Positions 1-15,958 of a DNA stretch of 64,000 bases are shown in pieces. The DNA lies in contig OZ244979.1 of assembly GCA_965223095.1 (NCBI GenBank), positions 1,525,744-1,589,743 of the forward strand, in the 5' to 3' direction. Positions within the stretch are counted from its first letter, which is position 1. Each line of letters begins with the position of its first letter. The translations under genes were made by a program, and so were the position numbers. The notes beneath the pieces are model-generated. The model ran no database searches and was not told where the DNA came from. It saw only the letters and a program-made list of their open reading frames with translations. Source of the DNA: Gammaproteobacteria bacterium. GTDB lineage: Bacteria; Pseudomonadota; Gammaproteobacteria; Steroidobacterales; GCA-2729495.

Positions 1-583
1 CACCGAAAATATAGCGGGCGCTGATGCCGGCGAGGAATATAACCGTGGCGCCGGTCAGCGTAATCAAGATTGCCGTGCCAAGATCCGGCTGCAGCGCGAT
101 GAGGGCCACGGGTGCCAAGATCAAGGCCAGGCAACTGGCGATAACGCCCAGCGACGGTGGCAGAGGCCGATCATGGAGCAGCCAGGCCAGCAGCAGCGGC
201 ACACCCAGTTTCATGATTTCGGATGGCTGAAACCGCACGCCCACATCTAACCAGCGCTGCGCGCCTTTGCCCACGTCGCCGGCGATTAGCACCATGATCA
301 ATAGACCCAGACCCAGGCCATAGACGGCCGGTGCGCTGCGCCGTAGCCAGCCGGGCGGGATTTGCGCCATAGCGAATAAGGCACAGAGCGCGACGCCCAT
401 GCGGGTCAGTTGATTGATGACCTGACTATTGCTTTGACCCACGGCGCTGTACAGGGCCAATAAGCCGATGGCCATGACGAACAACAAGGCCGACAGCAGC
501 AAACCGTCAATGTGCAGGCCGCGCAGCACGCGCTGGGTCAAGCTTAAATCCGCGGCGTGGCGGCTGGCGGCGAGTGCACTCAT
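1..583 (-). CDS. rodA: SEDS peptidoglycan glycosyltransferase RodA, N-terminal part (gene runs off the window start)
   Basis: Absent from the ORF track because no stop lies inside the window. The minus-strand ATG at 583-581 overlaps the mrdA stop (ATGA). My translation, MSALAASRHAADLSLTQRVLRGLHIDGLLLLSALLFVMAIGLLALYSAV..., is polytopic and hydrophobic, and the gene sits in the canonical mrdA-rodA position. Confidence 0.85.
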   Translation of the reverse strand, partial: MSALAASRHAADLSLTQRVLRGLHIDGLLLSALLFVMAIGLLALYSAVGQSNSQVINQLTRMGVALCALFAMAQIPPGWLRRSAPAVYGLGLGLLIMVLIAGDVGKGAQRWLDVGVRFQPSEIMKLGVPLLLAWLLHDRPLPPSLGVIASCLALILAPVALIALQPDLGTAILITLTGATVIFLAGISARYIFG

Positions 584-2439
584 AGTTTGTCGGCCAGATA
601 AGTTTCCATCACCCGGCGCGCCACCGGTGCGGCGACCCGGCTGCCGCTTTCGCCGTTTTCAATAACCACGGCCACCGCAATGCGCGGTTTTTCCAGGGGC
701 GCGAAGGCCACGAACAAGGCATGGTCGCGCATCCTCTCCTCGATTTCTTCAGCGTTATATTCTTCGTCTTGGGCCACGCTAAAAACCTGGGCGGTGCCGC
801 TTTTGCCGGCCATGGTGAAGGGCGCAGTACCACCGACGCTGCGTGCGGTGCCCCGGGGGCCCTGCAGCACGGCGTTCATGGCGCCGATGATTCGATCCCA
901 ATGTTCGTCGTTTTCCAATTTCACCGATGGCAGCACAACCGGATCCATCAGTGTTAACTCGCCTGTGTCGAGATCCCGTGTACCGCGTAACAAAGAAGGC
1001 TGGTAGCGTTGGCCGCGCGCGGCAATGGTGGCGGTTGCGTGGGCTAGCTGCAGCGGTGTGGTCAAGAGATAACCCTGGCCGATGCCGGCAATGACGGTTT
1101 CGCCGGGGAACCAAACTTGATCTTCGCGACGGCTGAAGGCGGTTCGCTTCCATGCCTGATTAGGTACCAGACCAGGCTTTTCACCGGCAATATCCAAGCC
1201 GGTGGTGGCGCCCAGGCCGAAACCTTTCAGATAGTCAGCCATGCGCTCAATGCCAAGCTCCGTGGCCAGGCTATAAAAATAAACATCGCAGGATTGTGCA
1301 ATGGCATTGTGTAGATCCACAGGCCCGTGACCCGCGGGCTTCCAGTCACGATAGCGATGAGACTTTCCTGGCAAGCGGTAGTAACCACCGCAATAGTGCG
1401 TTTCGTCGGGGTCACGGATGTCATGCACCAAACCTGCCAGGCCAACAATGGGCTTGATGGTCGAACCTGGCGGATAAGCGCCGCGGAGTGCGCGATTGAA
1501 CAGCGGCCTGTCCGGGTCTTCTTGCAGTAGGCGATAGTCTTTGCGCGACAATCCACTGCTGATTGCATTGGAATCAAAACTTGGCGCGCTGGCAAAGACC
1601 AAGACTTCTCCGTTGTCGGGATCGATGGCAACCACCGCACCGCGTCGGTCTTGCAGCTCTTCTGCGGCCACCAGTTGGGAATTCACATCGAGACTGAGTA
1701 CTAAATCGCTACCGGGCTGGGCTGCGTCGCTGCTGAGCACCTCCATGATGCGACCCCGCGCGTTCACCAGTACCTCGGCATGGCCGACGTCACCGTGCAA
1801 CCGGTCTTCAAAACTGCGTTCCACTGAAATTTTGCCGATCTGCGGTGTGCCGGCGTAGTCCGTAGGGTCCAACTCTTGGGCTTCGGCGGCACTGATACCG
1901 CCCACATAGCCTAAGGCGTGAGATAACGATGCGCCGTAGGGGTAGTGTCGGGCCAGACGGGCACGAATCTCCACGCCCGGAAAGCGGGGTCGTTGTACCG
2001 CAAACCGGGCGACGACATCGTCGGACAATTGCTGGCGGATCGGGATGGCATCAAAGCGACGACGAGCGGCAATGACTTCACGCAACTCGGGCAAATCTTC
2101 AGCGGCAATTAACTCATAGTCCGCCAGGCGTCGCAGGGTATCTTCGATGTCCGGCACCTGCTCAGGCGTTAACTCAAGTTGGTAGCTCGGCAGATTTTCA
2201 GCCAGGACTTTTCCATTGCGATCAAAGACCAGACCGCGCGGCGGGGGCAGTGGCTGAACCCTGATGCGGTTGCCCTGGGACTGGGCCGAAAAATAATCGT
2301 ATTCGGCAATTTGCAGTTGTACGAGCCGGCCGATGACGATCCCCGTGAGTCCCAGCGCCAGGACTGTGGCGATGATCACACGCTGGGTGAACAGCCTTTG
2401 TTCGGACCAATGATCCTTAATGCGTAGGGTGGCGGCCAT
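580..2439 (-). CDS. mrdA: Penicillin-binding protein 2 (elongasome transpeptidase)
   Basis: The ORF is 580..2646, but its first 69 codons overlap mreD. I moved the start to ATG 2439 (MAATLRIKDHWSEQRLF...), 2 nt after the mreD stop. It has an SxxK motif (GSTIKP) and a K[ST]G motif (GKSGTA), and sits between mreD and rodA. Confidence 0.95.
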   Translation of the reverse strand: MAATLRIKDHWSEQRLFTQRVIIATVLALGLTGIVIGRLVQLQIAEYDYFSAQSQGNRIRVQPLPPPRGLVFDRNGKVLAENLPSYQLELTPEQVPDIEDTLRRLADYELIAAEDLPELREVIAARRRFDAIPIRQQLSDDVVARFAVQRPRFPGVEIRARLARHYPYGASLSHALGYVGGISAAEAQELDPTDYAGTPQIGKISVERSFEDRLHGDVGHAEVLVNARGRIMEVLSSDAAQPGSDLVLSLDVNSQLVAAEELQDRRGAVVAIDPDNGEVLVFASAPSFDSNAISSGLSRKDYRLLQEDPDRPLFNRALRGAYPPGSTIKPIVGLAGLVHDIRDPDETHYCGGYYRLPGKSHRYRDWKPAGHGPVDLHNAIAQSCDVYFYSLATELGIERMADYLKGFGLGATTGLDIAGEKPGLVPNQAWKRTAFSRREDQVWFPGETVIAGIGQGYLLTTPLQLAHATATIAARGQRYQPSLLRGTRDLDTGELTLMDPVVLPSVKLENDEHWDRIIGAMNAVLQGPRGTARSVGGTAPFTMAGKSGTAQVFSVAQDEEYNAEEIEERMRDHALFVAFAPLEKPRIAVAVVIENGESGSRVAAPVARRVMETYLADKL

Positions 2440-2441
2440 GA

Positions 2442-2942
2442 TCAATTCAGGGAGCGACGTTTGAATTCGAGGCGCTCGCGCACCCGGTCCATGAAGGCCA
2501 TGACCAATGGCCAGAGCAATCCGCCGACAACGGCTTGCGTCCAGCGCGCCATGCCCACGGGCGGATTGCCCGCCACACCGTCGATCCAAAACAATAAGAA
2601 GGCTTCGATGCTCAGTAAGGCGAACACGGTCGCTGTGAGTTGCCACAGCGGAAAGATACGAATTTGCAAATGAAATCGCAGGGTGATGTAACTCACAATG
2701 CTGAGGGTCATGGCGTGCTGGCCCAGGGTGTCACCTTGTAAGATATCGAGCAATAATCCCAGCAGCCAAGCCGTACCGACGCTGATATGCCGGGGCCACA
2801 TCATGGTCCAATAGATCACGGCCAGGGTGGCAAAGGCCGGTCGATAGGGCGTTAGGCCATCGCCGAGGGGCAGGCTCATCAGGCCCGCGCAGCCGATCAT
2901 GACCAACCACACCGGCCAGCGTTTCGCCGGGCGGCGGCTCAT
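2442..2942 (-). CDS. mreD: Rod shape-determining protein MreD
   Basis: A 166-aa multi-TM protein immediately downstream of mreC, with a 4-nt overlap. This is the conserved mreBCD order. Confidence 0.85.
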   Translation of the reverse strand: MSRRPAKRWPVWLVMIGCAGLMSLPLGDGLTPYRPAFATLAVIYWTMMWPRHISVGTAWLLGLLLDILQGDTLGQHAMTLSIVSYITLRFHLQIRIFPLWQLTATVFALLSIEAFLLFWIDGVAGNPPVGMARWTQAVVGGLLWPLVMAFMDRVRERLEFKRRSLN

Positions 2943-3877
2943 GGGCTTGCCTCGCTCTGTGGCGTTTCCACGTCACGTTCTGGTTCGATGCCGGTATCGC
3001 TTGCAGTTTCTGCCATGGGCGGTTCTTCGGGTACGGGGTTGCCCGGCCAGATCAATAGCACTTCACGAATTCGGCTGAGGGCCGCGGCCGGTTCAGCTTC
3101 GACACTGAGAAATTCATCGCCGGGTTGGCTGCTGATATTGCTGATATAACCCACGGGGTAGCCTGCGGGAAAACTTCCACCCAAGCCTGAAGTCACTAGC
3201 AGGTCGCCCACCCGAACATCGGTATTGCGGGGCATGAAGGGTAGGGACAATTGATCGAGGCGGCCGGTGCCCACGGCAATGGTCCGTTGTCGATTGCGCA
3301 GCAATTCAACCGGCAGGGCATGATCCACATCGGTAATGAGAATGGCTTCGGCGGAAAAAATATGGTCGCGCGTCACCTGGCCCACGACACCATTCGCATC
3401 AATCATGGCTTGGCCCACAAAGACTTCGTCGCGGCTGCCTTTATTGACGACGATGCGATGGCGAAACGGGTTCATGTCTACGGACATGATTTCAGCGATG
3501 AGTACCCGATCGCCCACCTTGGCGGTGGAATCCAATAGACTGCGCAAGCGCGCATTTTCAGTTTCCAGTGAGGCCAAACGTTGCAGACGCGCGCTTTGTT
3601 CGAGCAAGCGTTGCTCGAGCTCGAACTTCTCATCCCGCAAGCTGCCGCGCGTGGCAAAACTATCGGCTAACCAATGCCCCATGGCTGACGGGGCGTTGAC
3701 CACCAAGTGAATGGGGTAGGCCGCGGCGGCCATGACACGTCGTAAATCGCGGATTAGATTGCTGCGCCCATCAGCGATCATGAGCACGACGGAAATCACG
3801 CAGATTACCGCTAGGCGAAGTCCCGGGCTCGTTTCACGAAACCCGCGCTGTTCACTATTAGCTGCGCTGAGGGCCAT
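2939..3877 (-). CDS. mreC: Rod shape-determining protein MreC
   Basis: 312 aa with an N-terminal TM segment, a coiled coil (LEQRLLEQSARLQRLASLETENARLRSLL) and beta-rich C-terminal domains. It lies between mreB and mreD. Confidence 0.9.
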   Translation of the reverse strand: MALSAANSEQRGFRETSPGLRLAVICVISVVLMIADGRSNLIRDLRRVMAAAAYPIHLVVNAPSAMGHWLADSFATRGSLRDEKFELEQRLLEQSARLQRLASLETENARLRSLLDSTAKVGDRVLIAEIMSVDMNPFRHRIVVNKGSRDEVFVGQAMIDANGVVGQVTRDHIFSAEAILITDVDHALPVELLRNRQRTIAVGTGRLDQLSLPFMPRNTDVRVGDLLVTSGLGGSFPAGYPVGYISNISSQPGDEFLSVEAEPAAALSRIREVLLIWPGNPVPEEPPMAETASDTGIEPERDVETPQSEASP

Positions 3878-3944
3878 CTACCACGCCTGCTATGAACGCA
3901 TACCCACTAAGCACCTGGGCACCCATGGTGTTGCTGCTGCGGGG

Positions 3945-5027
<1,083 letters not shown>

Positions 5028-5111
5028 CTACTCTAGCAACGGGGGGGCGTTTGCACAACTGCGGGTGTATGATGACGCGCTTTTCACGGAACGCGGAATA
5101 GGGTTGAGCAG

Positions 5112-5399
5112 GTGTCTTTAACGGCCAAAGAGATTCAGGATATCGCGCAATTGTCCCGCCTTAAGGTCGCGGCGGACGAAGTGGACGACTATGTGGCTAA
5201 GTTGTCCAACATCCTCGATCTCGTCGCGCAGCTAGACCAGGTGGATACCAGCGGTGTTGAGCCCATGGCTCACCCGCTAAACATGGCGCAGCGCCTGCGG
5301 CCGGATGAAGTCACAGCCACCGATCGCCGGGATCTCTATCAGCAAAATGCCAGCGATGTGGCCCAGGGTTTATACCGGGTGCCGCGTGTCATCGAATAG
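5112..5399 (+). CDS. gatC: Asp/Glu-tRNA(Asn/Gln) amidotransferase subunit C
   Basis: A 95-aa protein with a GTG start, first gene of the gatCAB order. The sequence is GatC-like (IAQLSRLKV...VEPMAHPL). Confidence 0.9.
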   Translation: MSLTAKEIQDIAQLSRLKVAADEVDDYVAKLSNILDLVAQLDQVDTSGVEPMAHPLNMAQRLRPDEVTATDRRDLYQQNASDVAQGLYRVPRVIE

Positions 5400-5420
5400 T
5401 CGCCCGGGTTTCGGATTCTC

Positions 5421-6878
5421 GTGACCGCCAGCCGCCAGACCGTGACTGAAATGAGCCTTGCCCTTGACGCCGGGCAGGTTTCTAGCCGTGAATTGACACA
5501 GGCTTGTTTAGCCAGAATCGAGCAGCAGGACAGTCAACTTCGCTCGTTTATAACGGTGATGCCCGAGCAGGCTTTGGCGGCGGCTGATGCGGCGGACCAG
5601 CGTCGTGCCGCTGGCGATGCCGGACCGCTGACCGGCGTACCCATTGGCCACAAAGACATCTTTTGTACCCAGGGTGTGCGCACCAGTTGTGGTTCGCGCA
5701 TGCTGGAGAATTTCACACCCCCTTACAACGCCACGGTGGTGGCGCGGCTGGCAGAAGCCGGTGCGGTCTGCGTGGGCAAGACCAATATGGATGAGTTCGC
5801 CATGGGTTCATCCACCGAGACCAGCTACTACGGCGTCGTCAGCAATCCTTGGGACCTGGCGCGTTCCGCCGGGGGGTCGTCGGGCGGTTCCGCGGCCGCC
5901 GTGGCCGCGGGCTTGGTGCCGGCCGCCACGGGCACCGACACGGGGGGATCCATTCGCCAGCCCGCCGCCTTGACCGGAATTACCGGCTTCAAGCCGACTT
6001 ATGGCCGCGTGTCCCGCTATGGAATGATCGCTTTTGCCTCCAGCCTGGACCAGGCCGGGGTATTAGGCCTCTGCGCCGAGGACGTGGCCCTGCTGATGCA
6101 AGCGATGGCGGGTTTCGACCCGCGGGACTCCACCTGTGCCGACGTGGCGGTGCCTAATTATCGCGAGGCTTTGAGCGGTTCGGTGCGGGGCAAACGCATT
6201 GGTGTGCCTAAGCAGTTTTTTGACGCAGGACTAGATGCTGACTGTGCGGCTCATATCAGAGCGGCTTTGCAGGTCTTTGAGTCCCTCGGTGCGGTGATTG
6301 AAGAAATCGAGTTGCCGCATCTCAGCCTGTCCGTGCCGACCTACTACATCGTTGCTCCCGCCGAAGCCTCGTCAAATTTATCGCGCTTTGACGGTGTGCG
6401 ATTTGGCTATCGAGATCCAGACGCTCAAGATCTCGACGCGCTCTATATCGAAACCCGAAAAACGGGTTTCGGCCCTGAGGTGAAGCGCCGCATCATGACG
6501 GGCACCTATGTGTTGTCGGCCGGTTACTACGATGCCTATTACTTGCAAGCCCAAAAAGCCCGGCAGCTCATCGCCGAGGATTTTCGGCAATGTTTCGAGC
6601 GCGTTGACCTGATCGCCGGCCCAACAACACCGACACCGGCGTTTCGCCTGGGTGACAAGCTGGACGATCCGGTGCAGATGTATCTAAATGATATCTACAC
6701 CATTGCGGTAAACCTGGCGGGATTGCCAGGCGCTTCCATCCCTTGTGGATTCGTCGATGGTTTGCCCGTGGGCTTGCAGCTCATTGGGCCCGCTTTCGGC
6801 GATTCGCGGGTATTGAATTTCGCGCACCAATTTCAGCAGGCGACCGACTGGCATCGCGCGGCACCGGAGCTGGCCTAA
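5421..6878 (+). CDS. gatA: Asp/Glu-tRNA(Asn/Gln) amidotransferase subunit A
   Basis: 485 aa with the amidase signature [14 protein letters not shown]. Its stop overlaps the gatB start (TAATG). Confidence 0.97.
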   Translation: MTASRQTVTEMSLALDAGQVSSRELTQACLARIEQQDSQLRSFITVMPEQALAAADAADQRRAAGDAGPLTGVPIGHKDIFCTQGVRTSCGSRMLENFTPPYNATVVARLAEAGAVCVGKTNMDEFAMGSSTETSYYGVVSNPWDLARSAGGSSGGSAAAVAAGLVPAATGTDTGGSIRQPAALTGITGFKPTYGRVSRYGMIAFASSLDQAGVLGLCAEDVALLMQAMAGFDPRDSTCADVAVPNYREALSGSVRGKRIGVPKQFFDAGLDADCAAHIRAALQVFESLGAVIEEIELPHLSLSVPTYYIVAPAEASSNLSRFDGVRFGYRDPDAQDLDALYIETRKTGFGPEVKRRIMTGTYVLSAGYYDAYYLQAQKARQLIAEDFRQCFERVDLIAGPTTPTPAFRLGDKLDDPVQMYLNDIYTIAVNLAGLPGASIPCGFVDGLPVGLQLIGPAFGDSRVLNFAHQFQQATDWHRAAPELA

Positions 6879-8311
6879 TGGCTTGGGAAACCGTCATCGG
6901 CCTAGAGATCCACGCGCAACTGGCCACGCGCAGCAAAATTTTTTCGGGCTCGCCGACGACTTACGGGGCTGAACCCAATACGCAAGCCGATCTGGTGGAT
7001 TTAGGCTACCCGGGCGTGTTGCCGGTACTCAATGCCGAAGCCCTGCGATTGGCGGTGAAATTTGGCCTGGCCATCGGTGCCACCATCTCCAAACGATCCG
7101 TTTTTGCCCGCAAGAATTATTTTTATCCGGATCTGCCCAAGGGTTATCAAATCAGCCAGTATGAGCTGCCCATTGTGCAAACCGGCCAGCTCGTTCTGCG
7201 CTTACCCGCGGGAGAAAAAACCGTTGGCATCACGCGAGCCCATCTTGAAGAGGATGCGGGCAAGTCATTGCACGACCGGTTTGAGGATGCCAGCGGTATT
7301 GATTTGAATCGCGCGGGCACGCCCTTGCTGGAAATCGTTTCCGAGCCTGATATGCGCAGCTCGGCCGAGGCCGTGCTCTACATGCGCAGCATTCATCAGT
7401 TGGTGCGTTATCTAGATATCTGCGACGGCAATATGCAGGAAGGCTCATTTCGTTGTGACGCCAACGTGTCGATTCGGCGCGCGGGTGATGACGCCTTGGG
7501 CACGCGTACGGAAATCAAAAACTTAAATTCCTTCCGCTTCATTGAAAAAGCCATCGACTACGAAGTGGAACGGCAGATCGATGTGATTGAGGGCGGTGGC
7601 GAAGTCGTACAAGAAACGCGTCTTTACGATTCAGACCGCGACGAGACGCGGCCCATGCGCAGCAAAGAAGAGGCCAACGACTACCGTTATTTTCCGGACC
7701 CCGACCTGCTGCCGGTTGTGCTGGATGACGCTTACATTCAAGCGGTCGCCGCCGAGTTACCCGAGCTACCGGGTGCGAAGCAGGCGCGCTTCATCAATGA
7801 CTACGGTTTGCGCGCCGATGATGTGGAAATTCTCGCGGGCAGCCGAGCGCTGGCCGATTATTTTGAAGCGGTCGTAAAAGTTCTGGGCGACGATTCTAAA
7901 ATGGCCGCCAATTGGGTCGTCGGTGAACTGGCCGGCGCCCTGAACCGGGATGGCCTCGACATCGACGCGAGCCGGGTGTCCGCCGATGCTTTGGGCAGCC
8001 TGCTACAGCGCATCAAGGATGGGACCATCTCCGGCAAGATCGCCAAGGAAGTATTTGAGGCGATGTGGGCGGGCGAAGGTGATGCCGACACCATTATCGA
8101 ACAGCGGGGCTTAAAACAAATCACCGACGCCGGGGCCATCGAAAGAATAGTGGATGAAACCCTCGCGGCCAACGTGGCGCAAGTTCAGCAGTACCGCGAC
8201 GGTAACACCAAGGTGCTCGGCTTTTTCGTTGGCAAGATCATGCAGGCCACGCAGGGCAAAGCCAATCCCAAGCAGGTTAATGAAGTTCTCCGGCAGAAAT
8301 TGGCGGAGTGA
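6878..8311 (+). CDS. gatB: Asp/Glu-tRNA(Asn/Gln) amidotransferase subunit B
   Basis: The ORF opens at 6743, inside gatA. The conserved GatB N-terminus [15 protein letters not shown] begins at ATG 6878. Confidence 0.97.
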   Translation: MAWETVIGLEIHAQLATRSKIFSGSPTTYGAEPNTQADLVDLGYPGVLPVLNAEALRLAVKFGLAIGATISKRSVFARKNYFYPDLPKGYQISQYELPIVQTGQLVLRLPAGEKTVGITRAHLEEDAGKSLHDRFEDASGIDLNRAGTPLLEIVSEPDMRSSAEAVLYMRSIHQLVRYLDICDGNMQEGSFRCDANVSIRRAGDDALGTRTEIKNLNSFRFIEKAIDYEVERQIDVIEGGGEVVQETRLYDSDRDETRPMRSKEEANDYRYFPDPDLLPVVLDDAYIQAVAAELPELPGAKQARFINDYGLRADDVEILAGSRALADYFEAVVKVLGDDSKMAANWVVGELAGALNRDGLDIDASRVSADALGSLLQRIKDGTISGKIAKEVFEAMWAGEGDADTIIEQRGLKQITDAGAIERIVDETLAANVAQVQQYRDGNTKVLGFFVGKIMQATQGKANPKQVNEVLRQKLAE

Positions 8312-8494
8312 TTTTACGGCGCGACAAAATGAGCCACGGTGTGGCAAGACAGAGAGATTGCTAGATTCCCATGGCCTTGATGATGCCTTCCAGCTAAGTC
8401 AGCAAGTTACCGGCTACGCGTTGATGGTATGGCCAAGGCGGTTCCCAGTAGCGTCGAGTCTTAGATCAAGCGTGGCGGAGAAGGACACCGGGCA

Positions 8495-8881
8495 ATGAGC
8501 GAAAAATTGGCGGCAAATAAGCGCAATGCGCAGGCTTTTTACGATTTGATGTTTAATCAATGCAAGCCGCGCGAGGCGATCAGTCAATATGCGGGCGATG
8601 AATATATTCAGCACAACCCGCATGTGGCCGATGGTAAAGAAGCCTTCATCGACTATTTTGACCGGATGGCTGCCGAATATCCTGGTAAGAAAGTACACTT
8701 CAAAAGAGCCATTGCCGAAGATGACTACGTGGTGTTGCACTGCCACCAGCAATGGCCGGGCGACGAAGACTATGCCGGAATCGATATTTTTCGCTTCGAT
8801 GCGCAGGGAAAAATAGTGGAGCATTGGGATGTGCTACAGATCGTGAGCCCCGAGTCGAAAAACGACAACGGCTTGTTCTAG
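8495..8881 (+). CDS. SnoaL-like / NTF2-fold protein of unknown function
   Basis: 128 aa. The pattern (AFYDLMFN...YIQHNP...DDYVVLHC...GIDIFRF...GKIVEHWDVLQ) is typical of SnoaL-like polyketide-cyclase-fold proteins. Confidence 0.7.
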   Translation: MSEKLAANKRNAQAFYDLMFNQCKPREAISQYAGDEYIQHNPHVADGKEAFIDYFDRMAAEYPGKKVHFKRAIAEDDYVVLHCHQQWPGDEDYAGIDIFRFDAQGKIVEHWDVLQIVSPESKNDNGLF

Positions 8882-9110
8882 CCATTCGCCGCTATCTCCG
8901 TTCCAGCTCGTTATTGCCACCGACGTTTGCGGGGCGAGCGCCTTAGTCTAGGAATCGCCGCTAGCTTCCAGGCGACCAGGCCGTTATCCGTTGAGCCTGT
9001 TTGACGAATATACGGATATTTCACGTCATTTATCCACTTGATCGAGTGATATATCGTTATTTAGCGGTCGGCTGACTACGGATCGAGAGTCTACGGGTGG
9101 CACTGGCAAT

Positions 9111-9132
9111 AATATAAAGATATCTTTATATT
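9111..9132. promoter_or_regulatory. Perfect 22-bp palindrome, candidate SahR/ArsR-type operator
   Basis: The sequence AATATAAAGAT|ATCTTTATATT is a perfect inverted repeat ending 8 nt before the regulator's ATG (9141). Further short AT-rich palindromes lie upstream (AATAT-ACGG-ATATT at 9007-9020 and GATATATC at 9048-9055). Confidence 0.55.
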
Positions 9133-9140
9133 TACGCGCC

Positions 9141-14661
<5,521 letters not shown>

Positions 14662-14738
14662 ACCGCTGGTTTTTCCGGCACAATGAAACCGCGCAGTTTT
14701 TACCCGTCGTTGCCGGGTGGTGAAGGAGTCGATCAAGT

Positions 14739-15860
14739 ATGCAGTCAATGCTCAGTGCTATTTTTCGCGCCGCGGTGATCATCGGCCTGCTGTTGCAGGC
14801 CAATCTCGTCTTCAGCGGCGATTCGCAAGTTTCCGCTTTGCGACGCGTGAGCTTCCCCGTCGCCGACCCGCAACCGGCATTGATCTTCTACCGGGATTTA
14901 CTGGGCTTTCGCGTGGCCTATGACAAAACGGTCACGGATCCCGAGCAACTCGGTTTGCTGGGCCCGGCTTTCACCCGCGCACGCGTCATACACCTTGAAG
15001 CACCTGGCTTGGGAGCTGTCGAGGGCGGTAGCATGAGCCTGGTCCAGGCGTGGACCGAGCAAGGCTTGCAGCAGCCCAAAGCCAGCGGCGGCGTTGCGCT
15101 GCTGTTTCGCATCGCCGATGTTCGGCATCTTTACAACAAGTTAGTGGCGGCCGAGGTACCGGTGGTTTCCGCACCTGCGCAGTACGCCGAATCGAAAGGC
15201 GCGACGCAAGCCATAACCGTGCGTGACCCCCTGGGGAATCGGGTCAGTTTCGCGCAAATTCCAGGTGATGCAACGGCCGGCGGTCTCCCGGTCTTGATGC
15301 GCTGGATGACCGGGGATTTTGACAACCGGCGTCAATTTGCGAACCAGGAACGCCGCGAACCCCAGGTGTTTTCACGACTCGGCTTACAACGACGGCAAGT
15401 GGCGGTTCCTGCCCTGGGTGATCACGTGATCTACGCACAAATGAATCATGACGCGGATCCAGCCAAGATCTACCGGCAAAGTTTTGTCGTTTTCCACGTG
15501 GATGAGACCAGCGCTGTGATTCGTTCCGAGAATTGGTCCTTCGCAGATCCTCAAGGCCAGCAGAACATTCTGTCTAGACTCGATGACTTGAAGAAAATGT
15601 CGCGGGAGGACTTCAAGCGATCCTTGGCTGACAATTGTGTTGCCACCTGGGAAGCTCGCGGCGAAGAATTCTATACACAAATTTCGGCCCAGGACTGCGT
15701 GATTACCGGCCGCCGTACGGGCGAACCCTTAGGTATACAGGCCACCGAGTTCGTGGGCGCCGACGGCATACGCAATGAGGAATCTGGTTATAAGGCCGAT
15801 GGCGTGATGACCTTTGGTTTGGCGCCCAATCAGTATTATGAGTTCGATCGAACTCGCTAA
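14739..15860 (+). CDS. Secreted fusion protein: VOC/glyoxalase-like N-domain plus CpcT/CpeT-like (DUF1001-type) C-domain
   Basis: It has a signal-peptide-like N-terminus (AAVIIGLLLQANLVFSG) and a VOC-like segment (FPVADPQPALIFYRDLLGFRV...VRDPLGNRVSF). The C-terminal half begins with the CpcT-type motif WMTGDFDNRRQ. Confidence 0.7.
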   Translation: MQSMLSAIFRAAVIIGLLLQANLVFSGDSQVSALRRVSFPVADPQPALIFYRDLLGFRVAYDKTVTDPEQLGLLGPAFTRARVIHLEAPGLGAVEGGSMSLVQAWTEQGLQQPKASGGVALLFRIADVRHLYNKLVAAEVPVVSAPAQYAESKGATQAITVRDPLGNRVSFAQIPGDATAGGLPVLMRWMTGDFDNRRQFANQERREPQVFSRLGLQRRQVAVPALGDHVIYAQMNHDADPAKIYRQSFVVFHVDETSAVIRSENWSFADPQGQQNILSRLDDLKKMSREDFKRSLADNCVATWEARGEEFYTQISAQDCVITGRRTGEPLGIQATEFVGADGIRNEESGYKADGVMTFGLAPNQYYEFDRTR

Positions 15861-15958
15861 TTTAGCGACTTTCAGTTCACCGTTTCGCAATGAATCGCAT
15901 GCGAAATTACAGTCGGCTGGCAATAAGACAATGATCCGGGCGTGCGTAAGTAGGACCG

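Noticed and set aside
6743-6877. N-terminal extensions implied by the longest-ORF track. These include gatB from 6743, and likewise metH from 10927, prmC to 19744, mrdA to 2646, prs from 33063, pth from 35342 and the SMR gene from 34990
   Set aside because: The extensions overlap the upstream gene or a tRNA, or are not family-like. Conserved family N-termini begin at internal starts that also create the typical ATGA/TAATG coupling.
15883-15906. A bidirectional terminator between the VOC-CpcT gene and the sulfotransferase gene (TTTCGCA-N10-TGCGAAA)
   Set aside because: It has only a 7-bp AT-rich stem with a 10-nt loop and no clear U-tract, which is too weak to call.
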